Of a DNA stretch of 6,516 nt, positions 1 to 5,328 are shown one piece after another. The DNA lies in the NCBI RefSeq assembly GCF_040403615.1, contig NZ_JBBAKG010000184.1, forward strand, positions 1 through 6,516. Direction: 5' to 3'. Positions within the stretch are counted from its first letter, which is position 1; each line of letters opens with the position of its first letter. The notes beneath the pieces are model-generated. The model saw only the letters and a list, made by a program, of their open reading frames with translations. It did no database searches and was not told the origin of the DNA. The stretch comes from Haliscomenobacter sp. (GTDB lineage Bacteria; Bacteroidota; Bacteroidia; Chitinophagales; Saprospiraceae). The position numbers and the translations under genes are program-made.

Positions 1-52
1 ATGGGGATTGAAAATCCTTGTGTCGGTGGTTCGATTCCGCCCCAGGCCACCA
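1..52 (+). tRNA. tRNA-Phe (anticodon GAA), 3' portion only; the 5' half lies upstream of the window
   Basis: Anticodon stem GGGGA (3-7) pairs with TCCTT (15-19), including two G-U pairs. Loop TTGAAAA (8-14) has GAA at 10-12. Variable loop GTGTC (20-24). T-arm GGTGG-TTCGATT-CCGCC (25-41). Acceptor 3' strand CCAGGCC (42-48), discriminator A49, encoded CCA 50-52. This layout matches canonical bacterial tRNA-Phe as I remember it. Confidence 0.88.
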
Positions 53-53
53 T
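8..53 (+). repeat. attL: tRNA-proximal copy of the 46-bp direct repeat
   Basis: ttgaaaatccttgtgtcggtggttcgattccgccccaggccaccat is identical to 6415-6460. Identity breaks at 7 (a) vs 6414 (g) and at 54 (t) vs 6461 (c). Confidence 0.9.
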
Positions 54-56
54 TTG

Positions 57-97
57 AAACCGTCGTTTTACTTTGTAGAACGGCGGTTTTTCTTTTT
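57..97 (+). terminator. Rho-independent terminator candidate for the reconstituted tRNA-Phe, carried by the island
   Basis: AAACCGTCGTT (57-67) pairs with AACGGCGGTTT (79-89): 11 bp with one G-U and an 11-nt loop. It runs into the T-tract ttttctttttt (87-97). Confidence 0.6.
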
Positions 98-168
98 CCA
101 CAGCGTGTTTCACTCGTAAACGCCTACGCTGCGGGCACTTTGTCCCTACGTTGCTGTGACTTTGCTCT

Positions 169-1420
169 ATGACGTACAGCACAGACACAGTGGCAGTGAC
201 ACGGGAAACGAAACTCCGCTTGTCAGTTGCCGTACTCACAGCAGCACAACCCAGCATTTTGTATCTACGCGACGGCGACGTTGTGTTGTACAGACGCAGC
301 CGCAGTTTGTTGTATCAATGCCGCTACCGACTTGCTGACGGCACGTGGCACAGAGTCAGCACACGTAAAGCGTCAGTTGAACACGCCGTTGCTGTCGCTT
401 GTGATTTGTATGACGAAGCACGCTACAGACAACGCTTGGGTTTAGCACACCGAGCACACACGTTCGCACAAATCGCAGCGATTACAGTGGCAGAACTGCG
501 ACGCAAGATTGACGCAACGACTGGCAAAACAGCGTATCACAGCTACCTGTCGTGTATTGAACGCTACTTCCTTCCGTACTTTGCGGATAAACGTATTGAA
601 CAGTTGACACACATTGACATTTCCGAGTTTGAGGTGTGGCGTGACAGACAGATGCGACGCAAACCTAAAGCTTCAACGTTGCTGAACTTTGCAAGTGCGT
701 GGAACAGGATTGTTGACACAGCAGTGAAGCAGGGATACATCAGCGAACGTGTGCCAGTTCCCAAGTTGACAACACGCGGCGAGAAAAGCAAAACACGTCC
801 TGCGTTTACAGAACAAGAAGTAGAACAGTTGCTTGTGTTTATGGACACGTGGCGGCGACAGGGTAGTAGGTGTTGAACGTGAAATACGTCCGCTGCTACG
901 TGACTACATTGAAATCTTGTTGTACACAGGAATGCGACATGGTACAGAGGCGATGGGCATCTGCTGGAACAACGTGGAGTGGCACACGCACAAAGATGTG
1001 CGGTACATACGCATTTGGGTTGACGGCAAAACAGGTGGACGTTGGCTCATTGCAAAACACGCTGCAGTTGACGTGCTGCAACGTTTACAAGCACGACAGC
1101 AAGACATACAGCATATGTCATTTGACGAGTTGGTGACGCAGCGTGTCACGCGAAAACTGTTTCGTTTCACCGACGGCTATCAACCACACAGTTTTGTGGG
1201 AACGTTTAGACGGTTGATGCGTGACAGTGGACTTGCTTTGACAGCAGACGGGCAGAACCGTACGTTGTATTCGTTCCGCCACACCTATGCAACGCTGGAA
1301 CTGCTACGCAACAGTACGGACATACACACACTCAGCAAGCAGATGGGCAATTCAGCGGCAATGATTGAACGGCACTACTCAAAGTTGACGGCAACGATGG
1401 CTGCGGAGAGGTTGGCTTGA
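169..1420 (+). pseudogene. int: Tyrosine-type site-specific integrase, interrupted by a frameshift (or a sequencing error) around 850-876
   Basis: The N-terminal fragment 169-876 (frame 1) has an integrase-type N-terminus (LYRRSRSLLYQCRYRLADGTWHRVSTRKAS). The C-terminal fragment is readable in frame 2 up to 1420 (track ORF 833-1420). It carries LLYTGMRHGTE (Arg I), DGKTGGRW (Lys), YSFRHTYATLE (Arg II) and AAMIERHYSKL (Tyr nucleophile). The frames overlap at 833-876. Joined length would be about 415 aa. Confidence 0.8.
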
Positions 1421-1500
1421 TAACTTTTTGCACTTTTTGTTGTTAAAACAACAAATTAGGTAATTACGATAAGAAATTTACACGTTTTCGACTTCATACT

Positions 1501-1514
1501 TTGGACGTGAGCAT
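1501..1514 (+). repeat. Left copy of an imperfect 14-bp direct repeat flanking the membrane-protein gene
   Basis: ttggacgtgagcat vs ttggatgtgagaat at 2157-2170 (12/14 identical). Confidence 0.35.
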
Positions 1515-1581
1515 TGTGTAGCCTCTTAGGGCGAGCGATGCGCTTTCCTACTTACTATGCAGCGGGAAATCACCATAAATC

Positions 1582-2109
1582 ATGAGTTACGAAAAAGAAA
1601 CTTCAGTCACGTCCGCTGAATTAGAAGCACTCATTCAGGGATGGGGCGCTAGCCCTGAAAAATCGATCGACCAATTTTATCCCCTGCGCTTTTGGTACAT
1701 CTTTTTTTTAGCTCTTTTCTATTCCATCTGGTTACTTTTTGCTAATGACTCGGCGGTTCAGCGGATGACCACGGATGCAACAGATTCGGTCAGAATGGGA
1801 CGCTTCTTGTACTTTCGGGGATGGTTTATCTTGTGCATCATTGTCTTGGGCAGCTACGCCTACTTTAAAAATTGGTATCCGGCTATTGTAATGAGTGCCC
1901 TTTTTCTGATGGCTTGTGTTAACTTGGTCTTTGATCTTTTCAACGTTTACGCCGCAGCACTTTCGCAGCCAACTCCGCAATTGACGCTAATGATTCTTGC
2001 CAGAATTATTGCCATTACTTTTTTGTACTTGTGTGTGAAGAATTCAAGTCGTCTACCCAATTTAGGAGACCGCGCAAATCTACTGCTCATATTCAAGAGG
2101 ACTCAGTGA
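1582..2109 (+). CDS. Small integral membrane protein of unknown function, 175 aa, about 4 predicted TM helices
   Basis: Only long ORF in this interval. Hydrophobic stretches are FWYIFFLALFYSIWLLFA, WFILCIIVLGSYAYF, AIVMSALFLMACVNLVFDLF and LTLMILARIIAITFLYLCV. The RBS is weak (GGGAA, 13 nt upstream). Codon usage differs from the neighbouring genes. Confidence 0.7.
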   Translation: MSYEKETSVTSAELEALIQGWGASPEKSIDQFYPLRFWYIFFLALFYSIWLLFANDSAVQRMTTDATDSVRMGRFLYFRGWFILCIIVLGSYAYFKNWYPAIVMSALFLMACVNLVFDLFNVYAAALSQPTPQLTLMILARIIAITFLYLCVKNSSRLPNLGDRANLLLIFKRTQ

Positions 2110-2156
2110 GATGCATGCAGTAGTCTGTCAACCCCTTGTCCAGTTGCAACATGTTG

Positions 2157-2170
2157 TTGGATGTGAGAAT
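2157..2170 (+). repeat. Right copy of the imperfect 14-bp direct repeat flanking the membrane-protein gene
   Basis: ttggatgtgagaat vs 1501-1514 (12/14 identical). Confidence 0.35.
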
Positions 2171-2301
2171 GAAAGCAGCACACATATGCCACTACAGATT
2201 TAGGCCATAGCTCCGACATTCACACGCTGTCAAAATGGGCGTTGGTAGACTTCTCAATTGATTTAATATATTAAGACTACAGATTGCATAGCAAGCTGTG
2301 A

Positions 2302-2319
2302 ATGCTATTGAAATAGCAT
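2302..2319. promoter_or_regulatory. 18-bp palindrome, candidate operator or leader hairpin upstream of the H-NS-like gene
   Basis: ATGCTATT-GA-AATAGCAT has perfect 8-bp arms. It ends 34 nt upstream of the ATG at 2353. Confidence 0.4.
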
Positions 2320-2352
2320 AGAAAATTAAGACAATTATCACAAAGGAAAATT

Positions 2353-2655
2353 ATGGTAAACGAAACACAAGATCCACGTGCACTGTTAGCAAAAATGGAC
2401 GCAGAAGAAAAGTCTGCACGAGAAAAAGCTGACAAACTTGCAGAAGAAAATGCAAAGAAAAAAGAAGAACTTTTGGCGAAGTTGCGTGCAGCAGACTTGG
2501 AGGATGTACTTGAAAAAGTCAAGTTGCACGGCTTTACCGCTACAGATTTGCGTACAGCATTGAAGAAAAAGGGAGCGAAGAAAGCAACGCCCCGCAAAAG
2601 TACTGCACGTAAAACCACAGCACGCAAGTCAACACCACGTAAAAAGACAGCCTAA
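2353..2655 (+). CDS. H-NS N-terminal (oligomerisation) domain-like protein with a Lys/Arg-rich histone-like tail, 100 aa; no canonical H-NS C-terminal DNA-binding motif
   Basis: RBS AAGGA lies 5 nt upstream of the ATG. The N-terminus is a charged coiled-coil-like segment. The segment LEDVLEKVKLHGFTATDLRTAL resembles the 'hG(F/L)TxxDL' segment of beta/gammaproteobacterial H-NS-family proteins. The tail is KKKGAKKATPRKSTARKTTARKSTPRKKTA, and then the protein stops. Confidence 0.6.
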   Translation: MVNETQDPRALLAKMDAEEKSAREKADKLAEENAKKKEELLAKLRAADLEDVLEKVKLHGFTATDLRTALKKKGAKKATPRKSTARKTTARKSTPRKKTA

Positions 2656-2668
2656 TCAGTATGCTGCG

Positions 2669-3601
2669 TTGGTGTCGCAGTACACCACGCAGCTGCTGAT
2701 GCCAGATGTAGACAGGCGTATTGATGACATTCAATACGCTAACTACAGCATTCCAACGCTACAGCATGGTCAACGTCTGCTTGTGCAACGTGACCGTGCT
2801 GTCGGCAGTGCATTTGAATACGAGCACAGTGAAACTGAGTTTGTTGATGCACATGCTGCAAAGAAATATTCACTGCCAGACTTAGAGTTCAATGCTGCAT
2901 TGAGCGGTGAACAACTACTTCAACTGGGCAAGTTGAATGAGTCACTGCGTAAACTCGTTGCAGATAGGAACGTTTCCGACACGCAGTTGAAACGTGTGCT
3001 GGATGTGCAGCAGTTTGCAGACTACAAAGAGTCACTAACAGCAGAAATGCACAGCAGCGAAATCACATATGGCAGCGGAATGCCAGATGAGTTGCACACC
3101 TACAAGCAGCTGCTGAAGGATGCTGACTTTCAGCACAACAAGTTTGAGAAGATGAGCGTGGACAAAAGGTTGGGACGCAAACGATTCCAGCATCACACAT
3201 ACGAACGTGCGAAAAGCAGTGTTGACAAGCTGTACGAGTTGGCACTGGAGCAGTTGGATGCAACATGCAGTTCTGCAGACCCTATGTTGCTGCATGCGAT
3301 TGAAACATGGATGGACAGAGAGCTGGACTTCGATTCTGGTACAGACAGAAAGATCGGCATTGATGCTGAAACAATCCCTCGCATACGTGGCAGCAAAAGT
3401 AAAAATGCATTGGACAGTGGTTTGCCCAAGTTGAGCAAGCGTCTTAAGCGTAAAGAATGCCAGCTGCTGGCATTAAAAGACGCAGCGTGGAAATTGGCGT
3501 TCAAGCAGCCCGTGCAGTCAGAATCTACAGATGACGTGCAAGTTGTACGCAATGCAATACTGAATAGGCTGCTGCAGTTGCGAAATGATGACTTGTATTA
3601 A
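2669..3601 (+). CDS. Hypothetical protein, about 300-310 aa, acidic and helical, no motif I recognise; start uncertain (TTG 2669, GTG 2672 or ATG 2699)
   Basis: Long uninterrupted ORF with the island-typical GCA/ACA/TTG codon bias. It begins 14 nt after the upstream stop, so coupling is possible. No clear SD precedes any candidate start. Confidence 0.72.
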   Translation: MVSQYTTQLLMPDVDRRIDDIQYANYSIPTLQHGQRLLVQRDRAVGSAFEYEHSETEFVDAHAAKKYSLPDLEFNAALSGEQLLQLGKLNESLRKLVADRNVSDTQLKRVLDVQQFADYKESLTAEMHSSEITYGSGMPDELHTYKQLLKDADFQHNKFEKMSVDKRLGRKRFQHHTYERAKSSVDKLYELALEQLDATCSSADPMLLHAIETWMDRELDFDSGTDRKIGIDAETIPRIRGSKSKNALDSGLPKLSKRLKRKECQLLALKDAAWKLAFKQPVQSESTDDVQVVRNAILNRLLQLRNDDLY

Positions 3602-4170
3602 ACCAATTCAACTGCTTTGCGTTTCATGTCATCGTGCACGGTGATGTACTTTTGAGTTGTAGCAATGCTGCGGTGGCCAGCAAGTGACGCAAGCACAAAC
3701 ACACTAATACCTTGTGACGCAAGACTTGTGAGAAAAGTTTTACCGCCACTGTGCGAACTTGCAGCACGTACACCAGCACGTTTGTATAGCCAGTAAAAGT
3801 GCTGTGCAAGTGTGTTGGGTGTAAATGCACGACGTGGTCCTCTGTGTGTGGGAAACAAAGGTTGTGTGCTGTCAATCCAAGTGCGTGAATGAATGTATTT
3901 TTCGAGTTCTGCTTGTAGCCTGCTATTGATGTACACAGTTCGAGCGTGATTGTGTTTGACACGATGTGCAGCAAAGAAAACTTCTGCACGTACAGTGCCA
4001 TCTGCGTTTTGCACATCACCTAATGTCAATCCTGCAACTTCCGATACACGTAAGCCAGCCATTGCAGTCAGCATGAACATTGCACGATTGCGTCGTGCGT
4101 ATGCGTGTTGTGTTGTGTAGTTCAGCACTGTGTTGATTTCTTCTGCGGTAAGTGATTTTGCTGCTGTCAT
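3598..4170 (-). CDS. Catalytic-domain-only tyrosine recombinase, 190 aa, FimB/FimE-like architecture, non-canonical box II
   Basis: GGAG lies 6 nt upstream of ATG 4170; the track's TTG at 4182 overlaps this RBS. Motifs present: AMAGLRVSEV (Arg I), HRVKHNHARTVYI (Lys) and LAGHRSIATTQKYITV (His and Tyr nucleophile). Box II reads SHSGGKTF instead of HxxRH. There is no N-terminal arm-binding or core-binding domain: the protein starts directly at LTAEEINTVL. Confidence 0.85.
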   Translation of the reverse strand: MTAAKSLTAEEINTVLNYTTQHAYARRNRAMFMLTAMAGLRVSEVAGLTLGDVQNADGTVRAEVFFAAHRVKHNHARTVYINSRLQAELEKYIHSRTWIDSTQPLFPTHRGPRRAFTPNTLAQHFYWLYKRAGVRAASSHSGGKTFLTSLASQGISVFVLASLAGHRSIATTQKYITVHDDMKRKAVELV

Positions 4171-4340
4171 TTGTAGCTCCAAATAAAGTTAGTGTTGTAA
4201 GTGTGCTTTCTTAGTTGCTGAGTGAGCAATAGAAACCTGAAGGTTTGGCGGGTTGATGTGGATCTGTTTGTTTGTACGAGGTTGCAGTGCCGAACAAACA
4301 GTTCACGCATAGTGTTATGTCGTGTATTTACCGCTGCAGC

Positions 4341-4351
4341 TGTGTAAAAGC
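4341..4351. repeat. Left arm of an 11-bp perfect inverted repeat (candidate recombination site)
   Basis: tgtgtaaaagc is the reverse complement of gcttttacaca at 5245-5255. Confidence 0.4.
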
Positions 4352-4683
4352 CCTACAACACAGTTTTGACGGTGGGCATAGCCGTAGCGGACTACTTGTC
4401 TGAAAAGTCAACGCATAGGGCTGATTTGACGTGTTGCAGCGTGTGTTGCCCGAAATGGGTTCTACGCCCACAAAAATCACAGCTGCGGATTTTTTGCATC
4501 GGGTACTTAGGCTTTTCACCTGGTGATTTCCTACCTATACCACCTGCATGTGCACGAAAGTTTGGCCTTTGTATTTCTATTGTGCGTGTGATGTGTGTGG
4601 ATGATGAAAGGTGAACGCAGTTCACCTGTGCTGCAACATTGTTCGCTCGCTGTGCTCACTCTCAATGTCTTGCACATGCTGCT

Positions 4684-4712
4684 TTGCATTTGAATATTAT
4701 TTGTATTAGAAT
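4684..4712 (+). promoter_or_regulatory. Sigma70-like promoter candidate P1
   Basis: TTGCAT (4684-4689), 17-nt AT-rich spacer, TAGAAT (4707-4712). It points toward 5329, but no ORF follows for about 600 nt. Confidence 0.5.
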
Positions 4713-5101
4713 ATTTCGATAGATTCAACCTACACGAAGCCTTAAGCAACAGGCTTCGCGTAGTGAAAACATTTCGATGAGTTCTTTACTACAGCACTTG
4801 TGCACAACCATTTGTAGGTAAGGGCGGTTTCGCTGTCTCCTTTTACGTGCTACTGAAACGCAACGCATTTGTGAAAGCCATAGTGCCAACCTTCACAGCG
4901 TTTGCAAGATGCTCGAGTGGCATTGCTTGCTCGTGTCGCACAGTTTTCATTGCCGACTTTGTGCTCGAATCTTTTGCCTTGAGTCAATCAGAAAGCAAAT
5001 CCGAACGCATCCATTGTGGGTAGTGACAACAAGTCTCTGCTACCGCTCAGAACTTCCATCCCTGTGCACACCATTGGCCAGGTTTAGGGTGCATAACAAC
5101 T

Positions 5102-5154
5102 GAGTGCACAACTCTCTATCGGTAGTGATTGGAGTGCAAACACTGTGTATCGGT
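5102..5154 (+). repeat. Two imperfect 22/23-nt direct repeats sharing GAGTGCA and TATCGGT ends
   Basis: gagtgcacaactctctatcggt (5102-5123) and gagtgcaaacactgtgtatcggt (5132-5154). The first 7 and last 7 nt are identical. Confidence 0.5.
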
Positions 5155-5233
5155 TTTGTCTCCATAGTTATTTAGCAGTGACCAAATAAAACCTGCACAG
5201 AAGTGAGCGGTTGTTAGGCTGGTTTATGGCTTT

Positions 5234-5262
5234 TTGAGCAGATTGCTTTTACACACTAGATT
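5234..5262 (+). promoter_or_regulatory. Sigma70-like promoter candidate P2 for the 5329-6256 operon
   Basis: TTGAGC (5234-5239), 17-nt spacer, TAGATT (5257-5262). The spacer contains the right arm of the 11-bp inverted repeat. Confidence 0.35.
5245..5255. repeat. Right arm of the 11-bp perfect inverted repeat
   Basis: gcttttacaca is the reverse complement of 4341-4351. Confidence 0.4.
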
Positions 5263-5328
5263 TCGGTTGCTCACACCAAAAGACCGAAACTACAGTTAGT
5301 TCATTGCAACAAACAAAGGAGTAATGCA

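Larger units (their letters stand above)
4183..5328. other. 1.15-kb ORF-poor intergenic region between divergent genes; candidate regulatory switch, long leader/ncRNA, or oriT/iteron region
   Basis: It holds only short overlapping ORFs (60-82 aa) with Cys/Ser/His/Arg-rich, non-protein-like translations. It is dense in hairpins and recurring short motifs (see findings). Confidence 0.55.

Noticed and set aside
833-876. Programmed ribosomal frameshifting in the integrase.
   Set aside because: The overlap contains no slippery heptamer, homopolymer run or obvious downstream stimulatory structure. A mutation or sequencing error is more parsimonious.
1436-1455. AT-rich palindrome TTTGTTGTT-AA-AACAACAAA just after the int stop, considered as a terminator.
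   Set aside because: No U-tract follows on either strand and the stem is almost all A-T. It is recorded only as a dyad.
2110-2170. An integron-like attC site downstream of the membrane-protein cassette (gttggat at 2156-2162 fits GTTRRRY).
   Set aside because: There is no matching inverse core (RYYYAAC) at the other boundary, no attC-type imperfect palindrome, and no IntI-type integrase.
4328-4749. Three successive minus-strand ORFs in different frames (4531-4749, 4392-4625, 4328-4519). The pattern could indicate a frameshifted pseudogene. The last has AGGAA 8 nt upstream of a GTG.
   Set aside because: All three translations are Cys/His/Ser/Arg/Thr-rich with no recognisable motif, and the ORFs overlap extensively rather than abutting. 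I treat them as non-coding, though a very degraded gene remnant cannot be excluded without a translated search.
4843-5103. Plus-strand 64-aa ORF (4909-5103) and a 35-aa minus-strand ORF (4843-4950, MKTVRHEQAMPLEHLANAVKVGTMAFTNALRFSST).
   Set aside because: Neither has a convincing SD. The 64-aa product is Cys-rich and implausible. The 35-aa peptide is more protein-like but too short to support from sequence alone.
5201-5211. aagtgagcggt resembles a Pasteurellaceae uptake signal sequence (AAGTGCGGT).
   Set aside because: It contains two extra bases and occurs only once, so it is not a valid USS match.
4183-5328. The idea that the ORF-free region encodes a guide RNA complementary to the att/tRNA-Phe core for the domain-poor recombinase.
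   Set aside because: The best matches I found to the 46-bp repeat on either strand are about 7 nt (for example caccatt at 5068-5074). That is chance level given the number of comparisons.
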